From positions 1 to 64,000 of IMG/VR virus record IMGVR_UViG_3300035698_035315: a stretch of 64,000 nucleotides of DNA; one strand, given 5' to 3'. Positions 1-8,617 of this stretch are shown one piece after another (position 1 is the first letter of the stretch; every line of letters begins with the position of its first letter). The DNA is from an uncultured virus (IMG/VR IMGVR_UViG_3300035698_035315). Its lineage: Duplodnaviria > Heunggongvirae > Uroviricota > Caudoviricetes. The notes under the pieces were generated by a model. It made no database searches. It was not told where the DNA came from and saw only the letters and a program-made list of their open reading frames with translations. A program made the position numbers and the translations under genes.

Positions 1-171
1 ATGAAGCAATTATTGAATGTGATAGCTGTTATTCATTCAAATGGTTGTCGATTTTGGTATCAAAATGGCGACCGTCATAGAGATGATGGTCCAGCTATTA
101 TATGGCATGATGGGAGTCAGGCTTGGTGTCTCAACGATAAGCAAGTTACTCAGGAAGAAGTTGAAGGATGA
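1..171 (+). CDS. HRxDGPA-repeat (MORN-like) small protein, possibly 5'-truncated
   Basis: Own translation: MKQLLNVIAVIHSNGCRFWYQNGDRHRDDGPAIIWHDGSQAWCLNDKQVTQEEVEG*; stop overlaps the next ATG (ATGA). Confidence 0.7.
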   Translation: MKQLLNVIAVIHSNGCRFWYQNGDRHRDDGPAIIWHDGSQAWCLNDKQVTQEEVEG

Positions 172-407
172 AAGTAGAGCAAAATTCAGTTGTTTTTCAT
201 AGTGATGAGAACCAGTTTTGGCGTAACAAGGCTGGCGAACGTCATAGGGATAATGGACCGGCTGTTATTTATTCAAATGGCAGTCAAATTTGGTATTATT
301 GCAGTCAATTACATAGGGTAGGTGGTCCCGCAGTGATAAGATCAGATGGGTCTGAGTATTGGTATTTGAATGATAAACAAGCAACTCAGAAAGCAGTTGA
401 AAGATGA
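168..407 (+). CDS. HRxDGPA-repeat protein
   Basis: Two HR(D/V)xGPAVI..xG..W repeats; paralogous to its neighbours. Confidence 0.8.
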   Translation: MKVEQNSVVFHSDENQFWRNKAGERHRDNGPAVIYSNGSQIWYYCSQLHRVGGPAVIRSDGSEYWYLNDKQATQKAVER

Positions 408-578
408 TTGAAGAAAAAAGTGGGATTTCTCTTTGTAATTTTCGCTTTTTAACGTGATGTGGTTAGTAGTTAGTTGAAAGCTCTGTAACGCTAAAAACAA
501 AACTGGAGGTTTTGATGGTCCTGCTGAGATTTTTTCTGATGGAACACAAGAATGGCATTTGAATGGAAAAAGTGTAAA

Positions 579-969
579 ATGATGATAGAAAAAGAATCAG
601 TTGTTTTTCACAGTGATGAAGCACAAAGATGGCGTAATAGAAATGGTGATTTGTATAGGGTTGATGGTCCGGCGTTGATTTTTTCTGATGGTACTCAGTA
701 TTGGTGTCGTAGTGGTGGCATCCTTCATAGGGATGGTGGTCCGGCTGTGATTGATTTTGATGGTTACGAGGCTTGGTATGTAAATGGTTTTTTTACATAG
801 AGATGATGGTCCAGCTGTTATTGATTCAGATGGAACTCAGCATTGGTATAAGAATGGTTTAAGACACAGGGATGATGGCCCGGCTATTACAAGATCAGAT
901 GGTAGTCAAGAATGGTTTAAGGATGGCGAGTATCATAGAGCAGATTGTCCAGCGCTAATTTCAAATTGA
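579..969 (+). pseudogene. HRxDGPA-repeat protein broken by a frameshift in a T7 run (788-794)
   Basis: ORFs 552..800 and 784..969 join in repeat register (WYVNGF / LHRDDGPA) across GGTTTTTTTACATAG. Confidence 0.65.
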
Positions 970-1046
970 CGAAATAAGTCGATTTTGTGAATTTTTGCCT
1001 TCAGTGGTGACATATAGGTAGAGGCGTAATCCATTGGAGGTAAAGA

Positions 1047-2162
1047 ATGATGTTGGCGATACAACGATATTTACGAGCAAACTCACTACAAGCCGCAGTT
1101 GACGAGTGGGCTTTCCGTGTACAAGAGCATGGCAGTCTTGTACAATTGAACTACTCTAGCGATTCCTCTTTAGGCGTTCAAGAGATTGAGGAATGTCGTG
1201 GCCTGATACTGTCCAAGCCTGATTGGGATGTCGTAGCGTATCCGTTCTATCGCTTCTACAATGAAGGCGAATCGTATGCGGCATGTCCCGACTTATCATC
1301 GTCTGTACTGCTTGAGAAGCTTGACGGCTCATTGATAACTCTGTATTGGAATCCAGAGTTGAAGGATTGGTGTGTTGCCACTCGCGGTACAATTCTGGCT
1401 GACGCAACATCAAACTGGAAGAAGTTATCGTTTCAAAGTTTGTTTTGGCAAGCAGTTCGGAAGTATTTGGATGTCGATTTTGAGCGACTTCCGAAGACTG
1501 TCAACTTGATGTTTGAGCTTATTGGCCCGGACAACCGCGTGTTGACTTGGTATCCAGAAGCCGACTTGCGATTGTTGGCGGCCCGTGACTTGACAACTTT
1601 GGAAGAATTGGACGATGAGGAACTGGACGGATTGTCTGGACTATTAGGCATTCCGCGTCCGAAGGTATTCTCATTTTTTTCTCGTGAGGATGTGTTGGCA
1701 TTACTTGACACATTGGACGAAAAGGATGAAGGTTTTGTTCTGGTTGACTATGACCACAAGAAAGATGGCAACTTTCTGCGCATCAAAGTAAAGAACAAGC
1801 GTTACTTGGAATTGGCTTATCGTCTACATGCGGGGCAATTGAGCATACTGACTCCAAAGAACATCATTCGTATGATTCGTTCTGACGAAGTAGATGAGAT
1901 GCTTGCCTATTTCCCCGAGTTCGGCTCGGACGTTGATTCGGTACGTCAAAAGCTGGGAGACTTGGCGGCTCAAATAGACCGAGATTTTGAGTCTGTCAAG
2001 CATTTGGGAATTGACCGTAAGGAATTAGCGAAGATTGTTGGCAAGATGGTTTGTCCAAAAGCCATATTCTGGCTATTGGATGGCAAGCTACAATCAGGTC
2101 GTCAATTTTTGATGACTTGCTTTGAGAAAACTTTGTTTCGATTGCTGGGATTTTTCAGCTAA
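1047..2162 (+). CDS. T4 Rnl1-like ATP-dependent RNA ligase
   Basis: ECRGLI, YPFYRFYN, motif I EKLDGSLI, ATRG, FELIGP, EGFV, IKVK. Confidence 0.88.
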   Translation: MMLAIQRYLRANSLQAAVDEWAFRVQEHGSLVQLNYSSDSSLGVQEIEECRGLILSKPDWDVVAYPFYRFYNEGESYAACPDLSSSVLLEKLDGSLITLYWNPELKDWCVATRGTILADATSNWKKLSFQSLFWQAVRKYLDVDFERLPKTVNLMFELIGPDNRVLTWYPEADLRLLAARDLTTLEELDDEELDGLSGLLGIPRPKVFSFFSREDVLALLDTLDEKDEGFVLVDYDHKKDGNFLRIKVKNKRYLELAYRLHAGQLSILTPKNIIRMIRSDEVDEMLAYFPEFGSDVDSVRQKLGDLAAQIDRDFESVKHLGIDRKELAKIVGKMVCPKAIFWLLDGKLQSGRQFLMTCFEKTLFRLLGFFS

Positions 2163-2275
2163 TTTTTCGCTATAATGGTGATATAGAGATAGGCATTCCA
2201 ATTTTTCAGCATGAATGTCGTTATGGCGAAGATACGGCTAATACTGTGATTATTTGCAGGGCAATTGTGGTTTGG

Positions 2276-2348
2276 AGGGACGTAGCTCAGCAGGAAGAGC
2301 AAACGACTGATAATCGTTAGGTCGGAGGTTCAAATCCTCCCGTCCCGA
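2276..2348 (+). tRNA. tRNA-Ile(GAT), A1:G72 mismatch, no encoded CCA
   Basis: AGGGACG-TA-GCTC..GAGC; anticodon arm AACGA-CTGATAA-TCGTT; T arm GGAGG-TTCAAAT-CCTCC. Confidence 0.9.
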
Positions 2349-2388
2349 TTTTTCTTGACGTTAGTGGGCAATGTCGGCTTAGTCAATA

Positions 2389-2478
2389 ATCAACATTTTG
2401 GGCAGAAAAGATGATTTTTACGAGAAAAAATTCTGGCATAGGTGATATAGTAAGTAGAGAAAGTTTGAAAGTGGCCAA
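2389..2478 (+). repeat. ~90-bp promoter-containing direct repeat, copy 1
   Basis: ATCAACATTTTGGGCAGAAAAG...GGTGATATAG...GAAAGTGGCCAA recurs at 3373-3470. Confidence 0.95.
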
Positions 2479-2489
2479 AGGAGATTACA

Positions 2490-3356
2490 ATGAACACCGA
2501 CATCGTATACGCCGCAGTCGGCAAAACCACACACCTTGGCAGCACACTGGCCGAAGCCAAAACCAAAGCCGCCGAAGCCGGCGATACGCCCACAATCAGC
2601 GGTCGCGTTTGGTGGGCATGGGTTGGCGCTGGGGCAGACCCGAAACCCGCAAGAGGGCCATACCCGACCTTGGCCGATGCCGACGTTGCCCTATCGACAT
2701 TTCGTGCACGGCATGGCGCCCTGGCCGGCACATACGAAGCTGCGGGCAGGATAGGGCTTCGAGGATGCATCGGACGAGAGCACTGCCGGAAGTACGCTGA
2801 TGTTTCAAGGCTAGGCGATGTAATGCGGGAACAGGTCGAGAAAAAAGACCGGGAACAGGTCGAGAAAAAAGAAATGGACGTAAACACTCCCATAGGACAA
2901 GTCAAAGTCGATGAAGTCGAGGTCAACGAAGATGGTGCTTATCCCTCCGGTTGGATCAACGCCTCCATCCTGGTAGGAGACAAAGAACACTTTACCGGGG
3001 CCTCGTGGTCGTACGACAGCCCCAGCGTAGACTATTACCGAAAACAACGCATGCCCGCCCCGCGTCTCGAAATCAAGGTGTACGGCTACGACGACCACGA
3101 ACCCTCCAATGAGACGATCATGAAGGCCATTTGCGAGGCAGGGCTAGAAGATAGCGATCTCGCGGACGACATCATCACCGCAGTCCGGGATGCTTGCCGC
3201 GACGCGGTGTATAATGCTCGTGAGTCTGTTTGCTGTCTCAGTATTGCAAAACACTTGCTAACCCGCGCAGCAGACCGTATGCGCCTCCTGGAGCTACTAC
3301 AAGACGAAATTGCCGATCTCGTATACGGTGACACGATAGCGGCACATTTTTCGTAA
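2490..3356 (+). CDS. hypothetical protein, visibly more GC/C-rich than its flanks
   Basis: 288-aa ORF with AAGGAG SD; internal 24-bp duplication (REQVEKKD/REQVEKKE). Confidence 0.75.
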   Translation: MNTDIVYAAVGKTTHLGSTLAEAKTKAAEAGDTPTISGRVWWAWVGAGADPKPARGPYPTLADADVALSTFRARHGALAGTYEAAGRIGLRGCIGREHCRKYADVSRLGDVMREQVEKKDREQVEKKEMDVNTPIGQVKVDEVEVNEDGAYPSGWINASILVGDKEHFTGASWSYDSPSVDYYRKQRMPAPRLEIKVYGYDDHEPSNETIMKAICEAGLEDSDLADDIITAVRDACRDAVYNARESVCCLSIAKHLLTRAADRMRLLELLQDEIADLVYGDTIAAHFS

Positions 3357-3372
3357 GCCCACTTTTCCCTTT

Positions 3373-3470
3373 ATCAACATTTTGGGCAGAAAAGATGATT
3401 TTTACGAGAAAAAATTCTGGCATAGGTGATATAGTAAGTAGAGAAAGTTTGAAAGTTTGAAAGTGGCCAA
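3373..3470 (+). repeat. direct repeat copy 2 (with an extra GAAAGTTT)
   Basis: Matches 2389-2478 apart from an 8-nt duplication. Confidence 0.95.
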
Positions 3471-3485
3471 TAATGGAGATGTCTG

Positions 3486-3908
3486 ATGAGAATAACAGAA
3501 CTGACCAAGCAGGAAATAGTGGAGAGAAAGGCAATGGCAATGGCAATGTTGGAAGTTTTGGATGATTATGATTGGGGTGAGGTGTTTGCGTTTTCGGGCG
3601 GTGAAGGTTTTGGGAGTGTTGGGGACATTAGAGAGGCCATTCCGGGGCAGAACATAATTCTTGGTCCCTTTGGTCGGGCGGATGTATCCGAAATCATAGC
3701 AATGTCTCCTGGGCAAAATGATAGAGAGAGTTGGATGGTTTGTGGCGGTCTCAATGACGGTTGTTGGTTTTTCATAGAGGCTGGTTGCTGCTACACTGGT
3801 TGGGATTGTCAGGCCTACGGCAGCACTACGATTGCCAGGACTAAGGCGGAGCTAATTAGGTTTGGGCTAACGAAGGATGCTCGGGAGCGAATGGGTTTGG
3901 AGCTATAG
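3486..3908 (+). CDS. hypothetical phage protein
   Basis: 140-aa ORF with GGAG SD downstream of the promoter repeat; AGCCYTGWDCQ motif. Confidence 0.75.
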   Translation: MRITELTKQEIVERKAMAMAMLEVLDDYDWGEVFAFSGGEGFGSVGDIREAIPGQNIILGPFGRADVSEIIAMSPGQNDRESWMVCGGLNDGCWFFIEAGCCYTGWDCQAYGSTTIARTKAELIRFGLTKDARERMGLEL

Positions 3909-3922
3909 GAAAGGCGTGTTGG

Positions 3923-3994
3923 TGCCTGGTGGTGTAATTGGTAACACACCAGATTTTGATTCTGGCATTCCAGGTTCAAGTCCTGGCCGGGCAA
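3923..3994 (+). tRNA. tRNA-Gln(TTG)
   Basis: TGCCTGG/CCGGGCA acceptor stem; CCAGA-TTTTGAT-TCTGG; CCAGG-TTCAAGT-CCTGG. Confidence 0.92.
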
Positions 3995-4094
3995 TTTTGC
4001 ATTGAAGTTGATATAAGAGTGTAGTTGATTAGTTGAGTCAACGACGTAACGGTTTCAATGGCTGTGTAGTACAAACGAAAAGAATGGAGTTGTC

Positions 4095-4418
4095 GTGATG
4101 ACATTGGATGAGGCTCTGAAAAACGAAGCTGTTTTTGGACTGTTGTTTGCTGATTTCATCGAACGTGGTGGAAGTCTGGATGAGCTTGTCGAGGACAATC
4201 TCAATTTGAGTTTTGGGGATGTTTTTGAGAGTTTGTCTTCATGGCTGACCCAGAATGATATAGAAGTTCTCATGACCGGTGATGAAATCAACAAAATCAT
4301 CAGTTGCGTTTTTGTTTTTAGTTCTCTAAAGCAGATGGAGCGAGACGGGAAGGCTGTCTGTAATGACGGCAAGTGGATTCTGACGGACAAGGGAAAAGAG
4401 GAAGATTGTCCGAATTGA
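4095..4418 (+). CDS. hypothetical protein
   Basis: 107-aa ORF with GGAG SD. Confidence 0.65.
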   Translation: MMTLDEALKNEAVFGLLFADFIERGGSLDELVEDNLNLSFGDVFESLSSWLTQNDIEVLMTGDEINKIISCVFVFSSLKQMERDGKAVCNDGKWILTDKGKEEDCPN

Positions 4419-4424
4419 TTTAAT

Positions 4425-4518
4425 GGATAGGTGGCCGAGTTTGGTCTAAGGCTCTGGTTTCGAAAATCAGTAGGCGGTGTCAAACACTGTCTCGTGGGTT
4501 CAAATCCCACCCTATCCG
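4425..4518 (+). tRNA. tRNA-Ser(CGA), copy 1 (no CCA)
   Basis: GGATAGG/CCTATCC; CTGGT-TTCGAAA-ATCAG; long variable arm; GTGGG-TTCAAAT-CCCAC. Confidence 0.92.
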
Positions 4519-4580
4519 TCAATGGTGGAGTTGTCTAAGAGGCTATTTGGTTTAGCAAGCAATTCAAAAAAGGGAACACA

Positions 4581-5021
4581 ATGAAGCCGAAGTTAGTCAA
4601 GGGCAACATTTTTGACACAGGATGTCAGTGGATTGGTCATGGCGTTAATTGTGTTGGCGTTATGGGTGCTGGTATTGCATTACAGGTTCGCCGCAGGTAT
4701 CCGTATTCTTTCACGGTTTACCAACAGGTCATTCATGACACTGGTTTAGTTCCGGGGCAGAACATTTATGTTGTAGAGAATCCTCATTCGATATGTCACA
4801 TGGCGACACAACCTAGGCCTGGGAGATTTGCTTGTCTTGAACTTGTTGAGATGTGTATTAGTGAGTTTATTCAAGAATACAACGAAGTGGGTGTTTCACT
4901 TGCTTTGCCGCGTATTGGTTGTGGCATAGGCGGCTTGAATTGGGAAGATGTATCACAGTTATTGGAAAAGCTGTTTACGCCCACTGCTATTGAGGTTGAG
5001 TTTTGGACGTATATGTTGTAA
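4581..5021 (+). CDS. macrodomain (ADP-ribose/Appr-1-p processing) protein
   Basis: VKGNIF, HGVNCVGVMGAGIA, ALPRIGCGIGGLNW. Confidence 0.9.
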   Translation: MKPKLVKGNIFDTGCQWIGHGVNCVGVMGAGIALQVRRRYPYSFTVYQQVIHDTGLVPGQNIYVVENPHSICHMATQPRPGRFACLELVEMCISEFIQEYNEVGVSLALPRIGCGIGGLNWEDVSQLLEKLFTPTAIEVEFWTYML

Positions 5022-5072
5022 GAGATATGGCTCAAAGTAGATTTAGGCAAGAGATGAAAGGCAAGGTTTGCA

Positions 5073-6296
5073 ATGCAGGTTATCAATGACAATGGAAATT
5101 TGATTAAGGCTTGGATTGACGGTGTTTCCGTTGAAGATGGGGCTGTTGCGCAGTTGAAGAAGTGTGCTCAGATGCCTTTCATTTTCAAGCATGTAGCTGC
5201 AATGCCAGATGCTCATGTGGGAATGGGCGCTTGTATTGGTAGCGTAATTCCTACTATCGGTGCTGTTATGCCTTCGGCTGTTGGCGTTGACATTGGGTGT
5301 GGAATGGCTGCGGTAAGAACTACGCTTACCGAGTCTGACATTCCAGAGGCAATCAGACCCGATGTACGTTTTGCTATCGAAAATGCAATTCCAGCGGGCC
5401 GTTCGCATAACGGTGGCAAGGGCGACATTGGAGCCTGGGATAAGTTGCCAACTGTTGTAGAAGCCATTTGGCTTGACGAGCTTGCAGAGGACTACGACAA
5501 GATTACTGAGAAGCACAGGGGAGCTAAGGGATACAACGATGTAAACCAACTTGGTACGCTTGGGACGGGCAATCACTTCATTGAGATTTGTTTGGACAAG
5601 GACAACCGAGTATGGTTCATGTTGCATTCTGGTTCTCGTGGTTGCGGAAACAGAATTGGCAGCTATTTCATCAAGTTTGCAAAAGAGCTTTGCAATAAGT
5701 GGTTTATCAATTTGCCTGATTCTGATTTGGCTTATTTTCCACAGCGCACTGAAGAATTTTCAGATTACATGTTTGCGGTTGGCTGGGCGCAGAAGTTTGC
5801 CAGGTTGAATCGTGATTTAATGATGCAGTCTCTTGTTGACGCTATCAGGGGAGTGACATCTGTTCCTGAGTTTGAGTTTGAAGGCGATGTAGTCGATTGT
5901 CATCACAACTATGTTGCTTTTGAGAATCATTTTGGCAAGAATATATTAGTAACTCGCAAAGGTGCAATTCGTGCTCGCAAGGATGAGCTTGCTATTATTC
6001 CTGGTAGTATGGGCACGCGCTCGTACATTGTGCGAGGTCTTGGCAATAGGGACAGTTTTTGCAGTGCTTCGCATGGTGCTGGTCGTTGTATGTCACGAAC
6101 CCGGGCGCGCAAAACGATCACGGTAGATCAGCATGTTGCGGCTACAAAGGGTGTTGAGTGCGTTAAGGATAAGACTGTATTGGACGAATCACCTTTGGCG
6201 TATAAGGATATTGACAAGGTAATTGAAGCTGAACGGGATTTGGTAGAGCCTGTTCATACCTTACGTCAGATAATTTGCGTCAAAGGAATTGGATAA
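5073..6296 (+). CDS. rtcB: RtcB 3'-phosphate/5'-OH RNA ligase
   Basis: MPDAHVG, VGVDIGCG, GTLGTGNHFIE, HSGSRG, HHNY, RKGA, PGSMG, SHGAGR, DESPLAYK. Confidence 0.97.
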   Translation: MQVINDNGNLIKAWIDGVSVEDGAVAQLKKCAQMPFIFKHVAAMPDAHVGMGACIGSVIPTIGAVMPSAVGVDIGCGMAAVRTTLTESDIPEAIRPDVRFAIENAIPAGRSHNGGKGDIGAWDKLPTVVEAIWLDELAEDYDKITEKHRGAKGYNDVNQLGTLGTGNHFIEICLDKDNRVWFMLHSGSRGCGNRIGSYFIKFAKELCNKWFINLPDSDLAYFPQRTEEFSDYMFAVGWAQKFARLNRDLMMQSLVDAIRGVTSVPEFEFEGDVVDCHHNYVAFENHFGKNILVTRKGAIRARKDELAIIPGSMGTRSYIVRGLGNRDSFCSASHGAGRCMSRTRARKTITVDQHVAATKGVECVKDKTVLDESPLAYKDIDKVIEAERDLVEPVHTLRQIICVKGIG

Positions 6297-6332
6297 AAGG
6301 ACGCAAAAAGGACGCAAAAAGGACGCAAAAAA
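6295..6332 (+). repeat. 11-bp tandem repeat (AAAAAGGACGC) x3 ahead of a promoter
   Basis: Read directly; followed by GGTGATATAAT at 6342. Confidence 0.85.
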
Positions 6333-6384
6333 TTGAAAAAAGGTGATATAATAGGGAGCACATTTGATTGACAATTAAGTTTTT

Positions 6385-6412
6385 GCGGGTGTGGTGGAAT
6401 TGGCATACACGA
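6385..6412 (+). pseudogene. 5' half of a split tRNA-Leu
   Basis: GCGGGTG-TG-GTGGAATTGGCATACAC-GA gives acceptor strand plus D arm, then breaks off. Confidence 0.8.
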
Positions 6413-6428
6413 TATGCTATTTTGTTGT

Positions 6429-6456
6429 TTGACAATTGAGTTTGTTATGATATAAT
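6429..6456 (+). promoter_or_regulatory. sigma70-type promoter TTGACA-N16-TATAAT abutting tRNA-Leu
   Basis: TTGACA 6429-6434, TG, TATAAT 6451-6456. Confidence 0.65.
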
Positions 6457-6540
6457 GCGGGTGTAGCCGAACGGCATAGGCGACGGACTTAAAATCCGTT
6501 GGGTGTAATACCCATGTGGGTTCGAATCCCACCACCCGCA
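6457..6540 (+). tRNA. tRNA-Leu(TAA), intact
   Basis: GCGGGTG/CACCCGC; ACGGA-CTTAAAA-TCCGT; variable arm TGGGT..ACCCA; GTGGG-TTCGAAT-CCCAC. Confidence 0.93.
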
Positions 6541-6556
6541 TCAGTGAGGAGGAATC

Positions 6557-7327
6557 ATGAAAATTGATAGGAAGGAGTTTGAGAAAGCGTGGAATGGCAA
6601 TTTGGCTGTGAGAGAGATACGTAATGCGTTTGGCCTATCGGAAAGGCAAGTTAGGAAGTTCAGGGATGAATACAACTTAAAAAAGCGAAAGAGAGGCGGA
6701 GTACGGGTTAGCGAGTATCCAAAGACGAGTGAATCTGCCTATTTGCTTGGAGTGGCTTTAGGGGATGGAGATTTAGGAATCGTAGGAAGAACGATTAGGT
6801 TGAGGCTATTTTGTGACATAAAATTTCCATGCTTGATAGACAAGTGGCGTAATACATGTAATGCGGTTTTGGGATGTAATTCAAGTGTTATATCGTGGGG
6901 GAAGAATTGCAAAGCTGTGATGGCATATTCTAAGAAGTTACAAGAGTTTCCATGGAAACCTCGAAAAGGAAGAAAGTGGGAACAAAATGTTCGTATTCCA
7001 GATTGGGTCAAGGATGGTGGGTTCCTGATTGATTGTTTGGTTGGCCTCTTTGAAGCTGATGGTTGCATTTATACTCAACGGGTGAAAGTTGGAAACAGAG
7101 TCTATGAATACGAAAGGGTGAGTTTTAGCAATTCTGCAGAGTTGCTGATTCGGGATGTGATTGATTTTCTGTTGGATAATGGCATATCACATACAGTTGT
7201 TGAGCGTCCCGTAGGTGGTAAAACGATGATAAATGGAAAACCAGTAGTAAGTAGAACAATCAATTATTACATACAGATTATAGATAGGGATGGGTTTCTT
7301 GATTTAGTGCCGTTTAGTAAGACTTAA
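6557..7327 (+). CDS. free-standing LAGLIDADG homing endonuclease with N-terminal HTH
   Basis: AYLLGVALGDG and CLVGLFEADG motifs; FSNS; stop codon is the TAA anticodon of the tRNA 3' half. Confidence 0.88.
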   Translation: MKIDRKEFEKAWNGNLAVREIRNAFGLSERQVRKFRDEYNLKKRKRGGVRVSEYPKTSESAYLLGVALGDGDLGIVGRTIRLRLFCDIKFPCLIDKWRNTCNAVLGCNSSVISWGKNCKAVMAYSKKLQEFPWKPRKGRKWEQNVRIPDWVKDGGFLIDCLVGLFEADGCIYTQRVKVGNRVYEYERVSFSNSAELLIRDVIDFLLDNGISHTVVERPVGGKTMINGKPVVSRTINYYIQIIDRDGFLDLVPFSKT

Positions 7328-7376
7328 AATCCGTTGGCCCTTTTTGGCTGTGTGGGTTCGAGTCCCACCACCCGCA
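7321..7376 (+). pseudogene. 3' half of the split tRNA-Leu(TAA)
   Basis: GACTTAAAATCCGT, different variable arm (GGCC-CTTTT-TGGCT), GTGGG-TTCGAGT-CCCAC, CACCCGCA. Confidence 0.85.
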
Positions 7377-7392
7377 TCAGTGAGGAGGAATC

Positions 7393-7656
7393 ATGAAAAT
7401 TGATAGGAAGGAGTTGCTGACTGAAGCAAAGAGCAAACTCGGCAAGCAAGAGATGGCCAAGCTTGACCACTTGCTTGAAGACATAGAGAAGGTAGGCGCG
7501 AGCGTTGTCAACTTGGACGATGGCTTGCATTTGAAAGTCAATTGGTGTTTGTATTCTTTGCCTGAGTTTATGGAGGCGTATCGCAGGCATGACAAATGGC
7601 CTGATCTTTGGATGGAACGCATGCAAAAAATAGGACAATCAGTGCCTATTCATTGA
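7393..7656 (+). CDS. hypothetical protein sharing its first 7 codons (MKIDRKE) with the endonuclease
   Basis: GAGGAGG SD; 53-bp identity between 6527-6579 and 7363-7415. Confidence 0.75.
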   Translation: MKIDRKELLTEAKSKLGKQEMAKLDHLLEDIEKVGASVVNLDDGLHLKVNWCLYSLPEFMEAYRRHDKWPDLWMERMQKIGQSVPIH

Positions 7657-7667
7657 GTGGAGATGTT

Positions 7668-7847
7668 ATGGGTTATCGGAGGTGCAAGTGTGGGGCGTGT
7701 ATGGAACATCTTTTGGTAGAGGGTACAAACGAAGAGTGTGTTTTTTGGTGTCCAGAATGTGGCAGGGCGTTGTGTATGTTACAAGAGGAAACAGCTTGGC
7801 ACGAGCCAAGTTGTATAAAGCAAGAGGACGAATTGGGTAAAAAATAG
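7668..7847 (+). CDS. small Zn-ribbon protein
   Basis: CKCG...WCPECG; GGAG SD. Confidence 0.6.
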   Translation: MGYRRCKCGACMEHLLVEGTNEECVFWCPECGRALCMLQEETAWHEPSCIKQEDELGKK

Positions 7848-7913
7848 TATTGAGATTCAGGTGTTTGATTACCACCATTGAGAAATGGTAGGACAATATG
7901 AAAAGGAGAAAAG

Positions 7914-8201
7914 ATGAGCGATACTAAGGAGAAATCTGGCAGTTTGGAAACGTATGAAACGTATGATACGAATGATTTTTTGACGGCCAATTTCTTACTG
8001 GCCAAACATGCCAGGCTTGTTGGAAGTCGCTTTGAGGGTCGTTGGCTTGTGTTCATATTTGCAAATAAAGCGGAATGTGAGAATTTGATAAATGATCTGA
8101 ATTATGGCGATGACAATGTATCCGCGTCGGTTTTCTTTGATGCTGGTAAGCGTTTGAAGAAAATCATACATTCCCAGGATAGAGGTTATGGCAAAAGATG
8201 A
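7914..8201 (+). CDS. hypothetical protein (DUF5659-like)
   Basis: YDTNDFLTANFLLA..VFIF pattern; AAGGAG SD. Confidence 0.6.
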   Translation: MSDTKEKSGSLETYETYDTNDFLTANFLLAKHARLVGSRFEGRWLVFIFANKAECENLINDLNYGDDNVSASVFFDAGKRLKKIIHSQDRGYGKR

Positions 8202-8539
8202 GAGTTATCATAGCTGGTTCAAGAGAGGTGAAATCTTACGATGTTGTTGAAGAAGCCATAAAAGAATCAGGTTTTGCCATATCACAAGTCGTAAGTGGGA
8301 TGGCAAGCGGTGTGGATGCTCTTGGTGTATTGTGGGCAAAAGAGAATGATGTTTTATTGGCTGAGTATCCAGCCGATTGGAAAAGATATGGTCGTGCTGC
8401 CGGGATGATTCGTAACAAGCAGATGTCGGAGAATGCAGATGCTCTTGTTGCAATATGGGATGGTAAGTCACACGGCACTCAGAATATGATAGGTACTGCA
8501 AAAGCTCAAGGATTGATGGTCTATGTGAAACAAGTCTGA
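8198..8539 (+). CDS. YspA/DUF2493-like SLOG family protein
   Basis: MRVIIAGSR, VVSGMASGVD, PADWKRYGRAAGMIRN, WDGKSHGT. Confidence 0.88.
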   Translation: MRVIIAGSREVKSYDVVEEAIKESGFAISQVVSGMASGVDALGVLWAKENDVLLAEYPADWKRYGRAAGMIRNKQMSENADALVAIWDGKSHGTQNMIGTAKAQGLMVYVKQV

Positions 8540-8617
8540 AAAGTAGAAACTTTTTGGGCATTCGGTGATATTAAGATAGGTTACGAATGAAAGTTTATCT
8601 TGACAAGGAATAGGACG

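Noticed and set aside
1..969. Diversity-generating retroelement acting on the repeat genes
   Set aside because: No reverse transcriptase in the window and no template/variable pair differing only at adenines
6385..7376. Group I intron in tRNA-Leu
   Set aside because: The break is in the anticodon stem rather than the loop, there is no room for or sign of the P/Q/R/S core, and the insert holds a promoter and a whole tRNA
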